Notes under the pieces: generated by a model
Databases searched by the model: none
Seen by the model: only the letters and a program-made list of their open reading frames with translations
What the model was told of the DNA's origin: nothing
DNA from: a virus
Virus record (IMG/VR): IMGVR_UViG_3300045988_155882
Direction: 5' to 3' (one strand)
Length of the DNA: 62,567 bases
In this document: positions 28,691 to 38,212 of the stretch, in pieces
How the letters are laid out: each line of letters starts with the position of its first letter
How positions within the stretch are numbered: position 1 is the first letter of the stretch
Made by a program: the position numbers and the translations under genes

Positions 28691-30661
28691 TTAATCCACA
28701 CTCTTGACTATCAAATAATATTTTACCGCTTCCGGTCGTCCATAATTATAGCTTGCACTTTTTACGTAGCCTTTATAAATATGTCCGTTCTTTTCCACCC
28801 GAATGTAACCCGTCAAGTCTGACGGTATTTCCAAATCTCCGGTCTTGACGGAAAGTTCTCCTACCGTGAACAGTTTGTTTCCCAATACAATGCTCGACCT
28901 TTCGCTAACTCCATTGATTGTCACATCACTGTTACCGTCAGATGATGTAAACTCCAACGCGTTGGCAAAAGCACCTATATACCTTGCGTTTGCTTCAATC
29001 ATAAACCTTTGGGAATACATGGCATTGAACATGGTAGAAGGAGATATGACACCGGATATTATATATCCATCCCTTACAAGCTTGTATTTTTCTCCGTCAA
29101 GTGATGCTCCAACAAAGAATATATCATTATCACTGTCGCTGTCAGTCGTATCTTCACCTCTTTTTTCCGCAAGAAATTCCATACCATAAGCATCGGCTCT
29201 ATATGGGCTAACTAATTCCAATACGTTATCTGTCAATGTAATGCCGGTGGTGTATTCATTGGTAAAGCGGAATTCATCGCGACCATTTACACTGTCGTAA
29301 TCCTGTTTGTCATACCCGACTTTTACCCCCGAATAAACCAGTCCGGCATTCACATTGTATTCCAAATCGGAAGTGCTGTCCTGCAAGTCCTTTATTTCTG
29401 TATCTTGGAATAAAGTATCACGATGAACAAATGTCACCTTCTCGTCACCGATTACAGGGACAAACCCAAATTCCGCGCTCATCCAATTGGCGAATTTGGT
29501 ATAAGATGTATATATTTTGGCATTGGGAAGTCCTCGTATGCTTTCTGCCGGAACTATCATCGCCATGTCTAAACGCTCATCTACTCCGGTGGCGATTTCA
29601 CCCGTTACATTGTTCTTATCAGTTATAGACCTCAGTAAACGGTTAAGCAATACTTTAGGACTGATACAATCTATTTTTACAGATTTTCCACGCTCGGAAA
29701 AACTTATATTTAACGGTGTGTCAAGACTGTTGAATTTAAAATTAACGGGAAAATTTTGATATATAGGGTCAGATTTTGCAAGTGCTATATTGAAATTAAT
29801 CATCTCACCTGGAGATATTGTCAAATTCTCATCAATATCGACAGTGTATGTATTAAATGTTTGAATTGTAGCAGATTGATAATATATTTTAAGTTCTTTA
29901 CTATTTTCATTATAAGAGGAAAGCCGTATATATATCGGGAAGGATACGCCCGGTCTCTGATACGTAATGAATACACTGAATTTTACTTTTATTCGTATGG
30001 TCAAATCCCTGTCAGATATATTTTTGAACAGATATTCTCCGAATAGGCTTTCCGTACTTTCAAATCGGTTTTCAGCCGTATCAAAAACCTCTACAATGTC
30101 CTTTGTCGCAATTTCCGGTTGTCCTAACATATAAAAAGGAATAGTATAATAAGCATTAGGATAAGCAGTCATTACATGGGAAACATTAGGCTCTTCCGCG
30201 TCACTTGGTATAGACCATTTTATATCACTGTTCATCAACAATCTGTCATAATCCAAAGGCTGGGACTCCTTTATTTCTTTTACCGGGTATTCATACTGCG
30301 TGCCTTTCTTTGCCTTAATCAAGCTTGCGAGACTGTTGTCGACGGCATTTATTTCGCACGTCGTATCATTGTAGGAAAATGTGGAGTAGTCCAAAGCGCA
30401 TCTGAACTTTTCATTTAACAGCCATGAGTTATTCCGGGTATAAAACACGAGTGTTGCGGATGAGTTCAGGTAATTCGACAAATATTCTTTCAGCAACAGC
30501 GAATAAGCGCCGTTGGCAAACTCAAATTTTGTGGAAAAACTACGAACAACTCCGTCATAATCCCCTCTCTTGAAAGACATCTCTACATCGTCCCAATTAA
30601 CAAGCTCATTTGTGGCGTCATATGTCATTCCGCCTATCAACAGTTCACATCTGTAATACAT
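28691..30661 (-). CDS. tail/baseplate protein (656 aa)
   Basis: Size; second gene downstream of the tape measure. Confidence 0.6.
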   Translation of the reverse strand: MYYRCELLIGGMTYDATNELVNWDDVEMSFKRGDYDGVVRSFSTKFEFANGAYSLLLKEYLSNYLNSSATLVFYTRNNSWLLNEKFRCALDYSTFSYNDTTCEINAVDNSLASLIKAKKGTQYEYPVKEIKESQPLDYDRLLMNSDIKWSIPSDAEEPNVSHVMTAYPNAYYTIPFYMLGQPEIATKDIVEVFDTAENRFESTESLFGEYLFKNISDRDLTIRIKVKFSVFITYQRPGVSFPIYIRLSSYNENSKELKIYYQSATIQTFNTYTVDIDENLTISPGEMINFNIALAKSDPIYQNFPVNFKFNSLDTPLNISFSERGKSVKIDCISPKVLLNRLLRSITDKNNVTGEIATGVDERLDMAMIVPAESIRGLPNAKIYTSYTKFANWMSAEFGFVPVIGDEKVTFVHRDTLFQDTEIKDLQDSTSDLEYNVNAGLVYSGVKVGYDKQDYDSVNGRDEFRFTNEYTTGITLTDNVLELVSPYRADAYGMEFLAEKRGEDTTDSDSDNDIFFVGASLDGEKYKLVRDGYIISGVISPSTMFNAMYSQRFMIEANARYIGAFANALEFTSSDGNSDVTINGVSERSSIVLGNKLFTVGELSVKTGDLEIPSDLTGYIRVEKNGHIYKGYVKSASYNYGRPEAVKYYLIVKSVD

Positions 30662-30663
30662 AT

Positions 30664-31242
30664 CTATTTCTTTTTTGAAGTTGAACGTATCATAGCATCT
30701 ATGTCATCACACATACGTTTGACCATATAGGCATATTCTTTGGCGGAGAACGTGTTTTCATCAATGTGCATTTTTACATGAGACATTAAAGAAACGCGTT
30801 CTTTGGTAAAATATTCCCTATCCATTTTTATTTTCCCTATATCAGGAGATGTTTCCTGCAATTTTGCAAGGCGGTAGTTGTCAGAAGCGGAAACGCTGCT
30901 TATCCGGTTCTTTATCTTATCATGTTCGTCCTCTCTGAATTTATAACCCAAAGCAGACATGACTTCTACAGCATCACTCCAGTTTCCAGAAGAAATGAGT
31001 TCCTGACATATGGCAAGGCAATTTAATCGGATTTGAATTTTCAGCACTTCATTTTTCCGGTTTATTTGGGCAGAAACAGACTTTCCCCCTATTATTGATA
31101 AGTATTCATTGCATAGCTTCTCGGCCGCCAAAGCCTTTTCTCTGATACTATATCTTCCGCCTTGAACAACCTTATCAATATCCCCCAGGAATATGTTTAT
31201 AAAGCGGGAAAGGCATATTTTGTTTAAGTCATTATATATCAT
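30664..31242 (-). CDS. tail-associated protein (192 aa)
   Basis: Directly downstream of the tape measure. Confidence 0.5.
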   Translation of the reverse strand: MIYNDLNKICLSRFINIFLGDIDKVVQGGRYSIREKALAAEKLCNEYLSIIGGKSVSAQINRKNEVLKIQIRLNCLAICQELISSGNWSDAVEVMSALGYKFREDEHDKIKNRISSVSASDNYRLAKLQETSPDIGKIKMDREYFTKERVSLMSHVKMHIDENTFSAKEYAYMVKRMCDDIDAMIRSTSKKK

Positions 31243-31245
31243 ATC

Positions 31246-34200
31246 TTATACTCTGCTTGAAATCCAATTGTAATCCGCAATATGGTTGGCTTTCTTCATA
31301 ATCCGACCAATGTTCTGCAATTGTTTGGTATTGCTTTCCATCTTTCTTTCAAGTCGGCTGTAATCGTTGTTTACATTAACAACAATCCCCTCTTCTCTCA
31401 TATTCTTTAGCTTTTGTTCCAATAAACCATAATCCGATGTAAGTCCTCTACGGTCATAGATATATGACAAATCAGGGATTACCTGCGCATGCGCCGGAAG
31501 GTCTACCAATGTCGGCTTATCAGGAGTGATAAAAAGCCCGTTATTAGTTACGATACCCTCTTTCTTGCCGCCATCACCTACTATTGCCAAACCGCCGGGA
31601 TGGTCTTTTGTTCCTTTGGCGTATTTGGGAATGGGTTGGGCTGCTATTAGGGCTACTTGTGCGGCTCCCATAGCACCGACTAATGCAGCAAGAACAAGGT
31701 TGGGCAACGCTTTTGTTATAGCTAAAGCGGTAAATATTCCTGCCTGAATAATGGAGTTTGCCTTATTCCATTTAGCCTGTTTCTCCTGTAATGCAGCTTT
31801 TTTCTTTTCCAGCTCTGCATTTTTGGCGGCTGTCTTATCTTCGGCTGCACGTTTGCGAGCTTCTGCCTCTTCGGTGGAAATTGCACCATTTTCTTCAAGG
31901 GCTTCTATACGTTCTATTTCTTTATCGTATGCTTCATCGTTGGCTTCTTGTTCTTTTTCAATATTTTCTATCTGGGCGTCATATATATCTGTCATTAACG
32001 AGGTGATGCCTGATACTATCTTTCCTACGGCTTGCGCCATGTTTTCAAAACTTAACTTTCCATCCTCTGCTACGTCAACCATTATATCAGATAACCCCTC
32101 GAATATTCCTGCCGTTTCACCAAGCGCATCCCTTGCGGCGGAGTTCATCCCTGACAAACCCTCTTTAAACTTGCCTATCCATTCTTCCCGTTTCTTGGTA
32201 GCATCATCATAATTTATTCCGTTTATCTGTGCTTGAAGGTTGGCTAACCTGTCTTCCAACTCTTGATACTTTTCACTATTTGGGTCAAGAAGGGACATTT
32301 CAGCCTCCGCCTCTTTCATAAGTGTTTCAAGACGCGCCTTAGCATACTTAACCCCAATATCATATAATTTCTTTTCGTAATCCTCTTTGCTGATTTCGCC
32401 ATTTGCATATTGTTTTTTTATGATATTAGCTTCTTTCAAAGCGGATGTTTCCTGCTCGTTTACCACCTTATCAGTATTTGCCTCAATCAACCCAATTCTT
32501 TCTTGGAGGTTTCGCATTATGAGAGAATTTTCCCGTTGCATATACTTCATGCGTATCGCCACAACATCCTCTCCATTCTTTTCAGCGTCCTTTATTTCCG
32601 CATCACGCATCATATTATTGAGTTGTATTTGGAGATTAAGCCTTTTGTCTAATTCTTCATTCGAGTTTTCCCCAATGGAAGCCAATCTGTTTTCAAGATT
32701 TGTTTTTTCTATTTCAAGCAGCTCCTTATCGTATTTATCGTTTATTTCCGCAATGGCTTTTCCTTTCAGCGTTTCAAGATTTTTCCGAAGCTCTATTTCT
32801 TCGTCTGTCCTACCCTTTATCTCTTTAATCCTATCATCGTATTCCTTACTGATTTCAGCTATTTCTCTTTCTCTACCGTCAGCTATCAATTCTATTTTAG
32901 ATTTGGATAAATCCTCTGTTATCTTCTTGATATATTCAGCGTATTCTTCCATTTTCTTTTTTTCATCGTCATAAGCTTTATTATTTTTACCTGGGTCATT
33001 AACCAATGCTTTTACATCTACTAATTTTCCCAAATCATTCATTTGGTTCTTATACTGAATACCTTGCTCTTTTAAGGCTTTCAAAGTTGCTTCTTCCGCT
33101 TCAAGTTTCTTTTTTGCATCTATACCTGCTTCTGTTCTCGATAATCCCGTATCTACAAACTTTTGATATTCTGCACGTGCTTTTTCGACAGTATAAACTT
33201 GATTAAGCCGTTTAAACTCGGTTTCCTCGTAATTTGTTGCGGCTTTTGTCACTTCATTCATTACCCGTTTAGCTTTGGCAGTAGCGATAATCTGTGCTGT
33301 TAATAATCTATATGCGTCTTTTGCATTCCCCGTCATTATTTGTTCTTTTGTATAATTATCAAATAATTTAGGGAAAGTACTTTTTAATTCATTTGCGGCT
33401 ACGATACGCTCTTCCATAGCTTTTTTATTGTCGGTAGCAGCCTTATATAATAGTTCTAATTTGATACGTTCTTCTATTGTATCACGAATAGCTCCTTTTT
33501 GAGCTATCCTTAATTTGTCTTGAACGGAAATTATTCCATCCAATGCCTTCTTTCCTCTAAACAAACTCGCAACCCAATCTGATATTTCATTTCTATAAGC
33601 CGTCAAAATTGTAATACCGACAACTACTGCTGTTTGCCAAGAAAATACAGCCCCCATTAATTGTTTCCAAACAGAAACCGTTTTTTGCCCTTCCATTCTT
33701 AGCCTTTGGACTTCATCAGACGTTCTTTTTATTTCATCTATCAACATGGGCAAGTTGTTAGATATAGCGATAATAAACATATTAAGTCCTAATGCCGCAT
33801 TAGGAAGTTCACGGGCTATTTGTTGAACTTGCATCTGCAAACCATTCCAAGAGGACGCATAATTACCTACATTCCTTTGATAATTCCCAAATTGAGAGTC
33901 AATTTCTTTCAACTTATTATTCAAAGCATTGGCTTGCGCTATCAAATTCTTCCCGACACTACTTTCCCGGTCAGCTTCACTCAACGCCTTATACCTTTTC
34001 TGCAACTCAAGCATGGCGGCATTCATTTCATAATAGCTGCCGGAAGCTGAAATAATTGCCGTGGAATGATTTTTTATCAAAGCCGAATATTGCTGATTTT
34101 GCGCCATCAGTTCCGTATGCCTTTGTTTTAATAGCGAAGACTGCCTTATATATTCAGACAAAGTAATTTCTCCGTCTTTATAAGATTTTGCAAGAGATTT

Positions 34201-34791
34201 AATATCCGCATTAATCTTTTTCATAGCCTCTTTATTGGCTATGGTATCAGCCGTTAACTTAGTAACTTCGCCATCATATGCCTGTACGGTGTCGATTATG
34301 GCGGCATAGTTCATATTTGCCGCCTGCAATTGAGTGGATGCCTGGCTTATTATATTACTTGCTGTTTGGGTGCTTTTAGCCGCATTATCCTGTGCCGAAG
34401 ACATCTGGTTGGATGCGGAAGATAATCCGGCAAGCATATCACTTGCATTCTTGATATTTTTGGCGAACTGTTCAAACAGAAGGTTTAACTTTTGCAAAGA
34501 TGACATTGAATTTAGTTGCTGAGATACTTGACGTAGCACGGTAAGTTGTTTTGCCTGAATAGATGCCATATTTTCTTGCGTCTTATTCAATTTCTCCAAC
34601 AGCGAGGTATAATTACGTGCTTTTTGGGAAAGTTCATCAAATGTTTTGGGATTAGTTTTTACTCCTTGCGCCAACTCCTTAGCAAGCTCCACATAAGACC
34701 CTTTTGTACTATCAAATTCAAGACGGAGTTCCTTTAATTGTTGTACGGCTTTTTTGTCGACTAAATCGGTAATTATAAATTCGTTTGCCAT
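31246..34791 (-). CDS. tail tape measure protein (1181 aa)
   Basis: Length, extensive coiled coil, hydrophobic central segment, position. Confidence 0.85.
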   Translation of the reverse strand: MANEFIITDLVDKKAVQQLKELRLEFDSTKGSYVELAKELAQGVKTNPKTFDELSQKARNYTSLLEKLNKTQENMASIQAKQLTVLRQVSQQLNSMSSLQKLNLLFEQFAKNIKNASDMLAGLSSASNQMSSAQDNAAKSTQTASNIISQASTQLQAANMNYAAIIDTVQAYDGEVTKLTADTIANKEAMKKINADIKSLAKSYKDGEITLSEYIRQSSLLKQRHTELMAQNQQYSALIKNHSTAIISASGSYYEMNAAMLELQKRYKALSEADRESSVGKNLIAQANALNNKLKEIDSQFGNYQRNVGNYASSWNGLQMQVQQIARELPNAALGLNMFIIAISNNLPMLIDEIKRTSDEVQRLRMEGQKTVSVWKQLMGAVFSWQTAVVVGITILTAYRNEISDWVASLFRGKKALDGIISVQDKLRIAQKGAIRDTIEERIKLELLYKAATDNKKAMEERIVAANELKSTFPKLFDNYTKEQIMTGNAKDAYRLLTAQIIATAKAKRVMNEVTKAATNYEETEFKRLNQVYTVEKARAEYQKFVDTGLSRTEAGIDAKKKLEAEEATLKALKEQGIQYKNQMNDLGKLVDVKALVNDPGKNNKAYDDEKKKMEEYAEYIKKITEDLSKSKIELIADGREREIAEISKEYDDRIKEIKGRTDEEIELRKNLETLKGKAIAEINDKYDKELLEIEKTNLENRLASIGENSNEELDKRLNLQIQLNNMMRDAEIKDAEKNGEDVVAIRMKYMQRENSLIMRNLQERIGLIEANTDKVVNEQETSALKEANIIKKQYANGEISKEDYEKKLYDIGVKYAKARLETLMKEAEAEMSLLDPNSEKYQELEDRLANLQAQINGINYDDATKKREEWIGKFKEGLSGMNSAARDALGETAGIFEGLSDIMVDVAEDGKLSFENMAQAVGKIVSGITSLMTDIYDAQIENIEKEQEANDEAYDKEIERIEALEENGAISTEEAEARKRAAEDKTAAKNAELEKKKAALQEKQAKWNKANSIIQAGIFTALAITKALPNLVLAALVGAMGAAQVALIAAQPIPKYAKGTKDHPGGLAIVGDGGKKEGIVTNNGLFITPDKPTLVDLPAHAQVIPDLSYIYDRRGLTSDYGLLEQKLKNMREEGIVVNVNNDYSRLERKMESNTKQLQNIGRIMKKANHIADYNWISSRV

Positions 34792-34810
34792 AAGTCCTAA
34801 TATTGGGTGT

Positions 34811-34840
34811 CATGCAACATCACATGGTGATACAAAGATA
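34811..34840 (-). promoter_or_regulatory. Late promoter (-7 box at 34833-34840) plus leader hairpin (34811-34826)
   Basis: Minus strand TATCTTTG; leader CATGTGATGTTGCATG related to the other late leaders. Confidence 0.45.
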
Positions 34841-34963
34841 TTGAATTATTTATAATTTTCTAAATAAGAAAGGCAAAAATGAAAATCATAAAAGGGAAGA
34901 GAAAAAGAAAAAGCCAGACATTACATCTGGCTTTATTATTTGGAAATAATCTTAAGAATACAA

Positions 34964-35377
34964 TTAGTATATCACTGCATTTCCACTGATTATATATACC
35001 GGTAAATTAGACCTACCCTTTTCTATTTTTTCAATACTAAACGAAATAATCCCATTTGCGCCCATCTCTTTGGCTTTATTAACTGCGGATGAAATCATTC
35101 TTTCATAAGTAGGGACATAATATTTTCCAATAGATATGCTTCTTTTTTCATGCACATAGTTTCTATCTTCTTTTTTTACTTTATTTCCTGAATGAAACTC
35201 CAAATATATTGGACCTACGGGAGTAAAATCCTTATTCCCAATTTCAGTAGGATTAATTACAAAGTTAGGGTCTTTGACATATTCTCTATAATCAAGGGAA
35301 TATCCTATTTCATAATAAGTGCTCTTACATGATGTTACTGATAGCAAAATCAGAAACAAAAATAATAGTTTTTTCAT
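34964..35377 (-). CDS. lipoprotein (137 aa), moron-like
   Basis: MKKLLFLFLILLSVTSC lipobox-type signal; flanked by long AT-rich spacers. Confidence 0.65.
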   Translation of the reverse strand: MKKLLFLFLILLSVTSCKSTYYEIGYSLDYREYVKDPNFVINPTEIGNKDFTPVGPIYLEFHSGNKVKKEDRNYVHEKRSISIGKYYVPTYERMISSAVNKAKEMGANGIISFSIEKIEKGRSNLPVYIISGNAVIY

Positions 35378-35481
35378 AAGCCTTTAAATGTTATCAGATT
35401 TTTTTATGTTACATAAAAGATATTTGTTTTAAGTTTTGTTTGCAAAGTAATTCCTAATAAATCATTTTGACAATATTTTTA

Positions 35482-35516
35482 ACGGAAATCTTTGTAATTT
35501 AGACTGGTTATAAATA
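35482..35516. repeat. 35-nt repeat A (31/35 identical to 50032-50066)
   Basis: ACGGAAATCTTTGTAATTTAGACTGGTTATAAATA versus ACGGATTTATTTGTAATTTAGACTGATTATAAATA. Confidence 0.8.
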
Positions 35517-35597
35517 GCTTATCACTTCTTTTTCCCAAATAGTTCAGAGTGGCTTCCAAGTCTAAGAAGTTCAATCCCCGTCTGTATCAAAAGATAA

Positions 35598-35837
35598 TTA
35601 TGCTTTATATGGTGTCCCATTTTCATAAAGAAATTCAGGAGCAATGTCCGCACCGTTTGCCCAAAATACTGTACCGTCAACCCCGTAACGCTCAAACTCG
35701 CTTTCATCTTTCAGTTCCTCGAAAGCCGGATATTTCAGGAGTGGCGTTAAATCTACTTTTCTTCTTTCTCCATTGTTGAACGTACACAAAAGAGTGTATT
35801 TACCCATGTATTCAGCGGATTCTACTAATAGTATCAT
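35598..35837 (-). CDS. DUF2442-like protein
   Basis: FNNGERRKVDL...FEELKDESEFERYGVDGTVFWANGADIAPEFLY pattern. Confidence 0.65.
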   Translation of the reverse strand: MILLVESAEYMGKYTLLCTFNNGERRKVDLTPLLKYPAFEELKDESEFERYGVDGTVFWANGADIAPEFLYENGTPYKA

Positions 35838-35849
35838 ATCATTGTCTTT

Positions 35850-36101
35850 TTATCGTTTAACCTTTTCTATCTTCTCACCGTTTTGCGCCTTTTCCCAAAT
35901 TTCAAGTAATTGCGCTTCGTGGGTGTCTATGTATTCATTTATCAGTCGGATAGTCTTTGCTGTTCCCTTACCTTCTACCATCCTATCTTTGATAGTGATA
36001 GTAAACCAGTTGCCACCGTCTTTAATGTGCAGGTGTGGTGGGTTGTGGTCTTGCCCGTACATGTATATCAGAATACCCCGAATAATGTCTATTGCGCTCA
36101 T
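35850..36101 (-). CDS. DUF4160-like protein
   Basis: IYMYGQDHNPPHLHIKDGG pattern. Confidence 0.65.
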   Translation of the reverse strand: MSAIDIIRGILIYMYGQDHNPPHLHIKDGGNWFTITIKDRMVEGKGTAKTIRLINEYIDTHEAQLLEIWEKAQNGEKIEKVKR

Positions 36102-36349
36102 GCCTTTTCTGTTGTTGTTTTGAATGAGCCAAAATCTGTCGTATCAATAACCCCGGCATATTTACCGGAACGCGCCTCGTTTATGGCTGCAACCGTCTCT
36201 TCGTTAGGTACTGAGTACATTGCGTCCATTAAAGTGCTCTCTACAAAATTATTCAAACTCCTGTTTGCTTTTTTGGCCTGTTCCTGCAAGATTTGCAATA
36301 AATCCTCACGCAAGCGGAACGAAGTTTGTTTTCTTACTACTGCTTCCAT
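36098..36349 (-). CDS. ribbon-helix-helix-like small protein (antitoxin-like)
   Basis: MEAVVRKQTSFRLREDLLQILQEQAKKANRSLNNFVES; ATGA overlap with the downstream gene. Confidence 0.55.
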   Translation of the reverse strand: MEAVVRKQTSFRLREDLLQILQEQAKKANRSLNNFVESTLMDAMYSVPNEETVAAINEARSGKYAGVIDTTDFGSFKTTTEKA

Positions 36350-36385
36350 ATTATTATTTGCATTACATTGTATTATATTGTACAG

Positions 36386-36393
36386 CAAATATA
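36386..36393 (-). promoter_or_regulatory. -7 box TATATTTG (minus) for the RHH/DUF4160/DUF2442 operon
   Basis: Plus strand CAAATATA about 37 nt upstream of ATG 36349. Confidence 0.45.
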
Positions 36394-36487
36394 ATACAAT
36401 ATTTCGGGCGACCAATCAAAAATAAGAAAAAAGTAATCCAAATAATTAATTTTCCAATAAGAGGTTTGCTATTTCAAAGATAAGGGC

Positions 36488-36495
36488 TATCTTTG
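36488..36495 (+). promoter_or_regulatory. -7 box TATCTTTG for the BRO/KilAC antirepressor gene
   Basis: Exact TAnnTTTG about 185 nt upstream of ATG 36679. Confidence 0.5.
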
Positions 36496-36593
36496 CAGTG
36501 CTAAACAATTATAAGAGTGGGCAACTCTTATGTAATCCGTAAGGGTTATTTTTATGCCCAATATAGGCATAGGTATATCGTATTTTAGATATA

Positions 36594-36673
36594 GCACACG
36601 AACGGTGGGGTAACGGAAACGTCCCCGAAATTAATCTTATGATTGTTTAGTAGCCGTGACCGTGTGCTTTTTT
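36594..36673 (+). terminator. Leader terminator/attenuator immediately upstream of the antirepressor start codon
   Basis: GCACACG (36594-36600) pairs with CGTGTGC (36661-36667), followed by T6; internal GGGG...GAAA...CCCC hairpin. Confidence 0.45.
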
Positions 36674-36678
36674 ATTTT

Positions 36679-37542
36679 ATGCTAAACAATCAGAAATCGG
36701 ATGCTTCTGTCATCCAAGTGTTCAATTCACCACAATTCGGTGAAATAAGAACAGCAGGAACGAGTGAAGAACCATTGTTCTGCCTTTCCGATGTATGTTC
36801 GGTATTAGGGCTTAGACAAGGTGATGTAAAACAAAGACTTGACGATGGGGTGGTTTCAACCCAACCCATAATAGACGCACTCGGAAGAGAACAACAAGCA
36901 AACTTTGTAAATGAGGACGGTTTGTATGATGTTATCCTTGATAGCAGAAAACCGCAAGCGAAAGCATTTCGTAAATGGGTAACTTCCGAAGTCCTCCCTG
37001 CAATCCGCAAGACAGGCGGCTACCTCGCCACCAAGCAGGACGACACTCCCGAAGAAATCATGGCACGTGCTCTAACCATCGCACAAGCCACCCTTGCCAA
37101 GAGAGAGGAACGGTTAAAGCAGCTTGAAGCCCAAACGGAGCAACAGCAAGCCACCATTAAACTGCAAGACAAGGAAATCAAGGAGGCTGCTCCGAAAGTC
37201 AGCTACTACGACAACCATCTGTTGAGCGTCAATGCCATGACAACCACTCAAATCTCAAAAGAGATAGGGATGTCGGCAGAAAAACTGAACAACAAACTGA
37301 AAGAACTTGGAATACAGTTCAAACAGTCGGGGCAGTGGCTCTTAAAATCACCATACGACAAATGGGGTATGCATGAAACGAGAACCAATATTTTCACAAG
37401 TGAAAGAGGTAATACCCATACCAACACATATACTGTATGGACGCAGAAAGGTAGACGCTTCATTATTGCTCTATATGAAAATGATTGGGACGTGAAGAAA
37501 GCCATTAAGCAGATAAAAGGAGAATTAGAACCCGCTGCGTAA
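36679..37542 (+). CDS. BRO-N / KilAC antirepressor
   Basis: VFNSPQFGEIRTAG...PLFCLSDVCSVLGL...DSRKPQAKAFRKWVTSEVLPAIRKTGGY (BRO-N-like); C-terminal KilAC-like region. Confidence 0.75.
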   Translation: MLNNQKSDASVIQVFNSPQFGEIRTAGTSEEPLFCLSDVCSVLGLRQGDVKQRLDDGVVSTQPIIDALGREQQANFVNEDGLYDVILDSRKPQAKAFRKWVTSEVLPAIRKTGGYLATKQDDTPEEIMARALTIAQATLAKREERLKQLEAQTEQQQATIKLQDKEIKEAAPKVSYYDNHLLSVNAMTTTQISKEIGMSAEKLNNKLKELGIQFKQSGQWLLKSPYDKWGMHETRTNIFTSERGNTHTNTYTVWTQKGRRFIIALYENDWDVKKAIKQIKGELEPAA

Positions 37543-37659
37543 TCTAAAGTTTATAAACCAACTACTTGTGTTATCCGCATTTATGCGGACGGATACAACT
37601 ATACCCAAAAATATATTGCCACGTAAACAAGCATAGATGCACGTTGAGGTTTCGACCAA

Positions 37660-37700
37660 CGTTCACGTTGTGATACCCCGTCAGCAATACGGCTGGCGGG
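37660..37700. repeat. 41-nt repeat B containing a GC hairpin (37/41 identical to 50071-50111)
   Basis: CGTTCACGTTGTGATACCCCGTCAGCAATACGGCTGGCGGG versus CGTTTACGTTATGATACCCCGCCAGTAATACGGCTGGCGGG. Confidence 0.8.
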
Positions 37701-37741
37701 CAGATGGCAGAAATAACGACTAAAGCAAATATTCATCTATT

Positions 37742-37921
37742 ATGGAAATCAGCACAGCAATGATGCAACATATCCTCCGATTGACGGAAGGATATACGGA
37801 TTTATTGAACGAGCTTAAGGAAGTCAAGGCGGAACTTGCAGAACTCAAAGGAGAAAAGCTCAAGAAGCCGACAATTCATGAAACCAAATACCCACACATG
37901 AGTATAATAACCAGAAAATGA
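37742..37921 (+). CDS. small coiled-coil protein (59 aa), paralog of 50180..50359
   Basis: MEISTAMMQHILRLTEGYTDLLNELKEVKAELAELKG versus MNENVNLMMKHMLRLAEAYEKLLKEVVQLRQEVAILKG. Confidence 0.5.
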   Translation: MEISTAMMQHILRLTEGYTDLLNELKEVKAELAELKGEKLKKPTIHETKYPHMSIITRK

Positions 37922-37929
37922 TTGTATAA

Positions 37930-37950
37930 GGCGGGAGTTATCCCGCCTTT
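37930..37950 (+). terminator. Rho-independent terminator
   Basis: GGCGGGA-GTTA-TCCCGCC followed by TTTGTT. Confidence 0.65.
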
Positions 37951-38029
37951 GTTCCGTTTTTAATATTTTTCAATTTAAAGGCAGAAAAATTACGGGGGTT
38001 ATACAAAAAACAGTGTTCTTTTTTTAATA

Positions 38030-38212
38030 TCAGAACCAAACATATTCAATCAGTTTCCCGTTGAACATTTCGCCTCTCGGGCAAAAATTGAAAACCCCGT
38101 CTTTCTCATAAAGGATATATACTTTCCCCTCCATCTTTGCGGCTTTTCTTGCAAGCGAACGCATCTTAGCTATATCTGCCATTCTCTTTTTGTTTTCACA
38201 CGCACATCCCAT
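38030..38212 (-). CDS. hypothetical protein (60 aa)
   Basis: ORF track; ATG overlaps the upstream TAA. Confidence 0.4.
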   Translation of the reverse strand: MGCACENKKRMADIAKMRSLARKAAKMEGKVYILYEKDGVFNFCPRGEMFNGKLIEYVWF

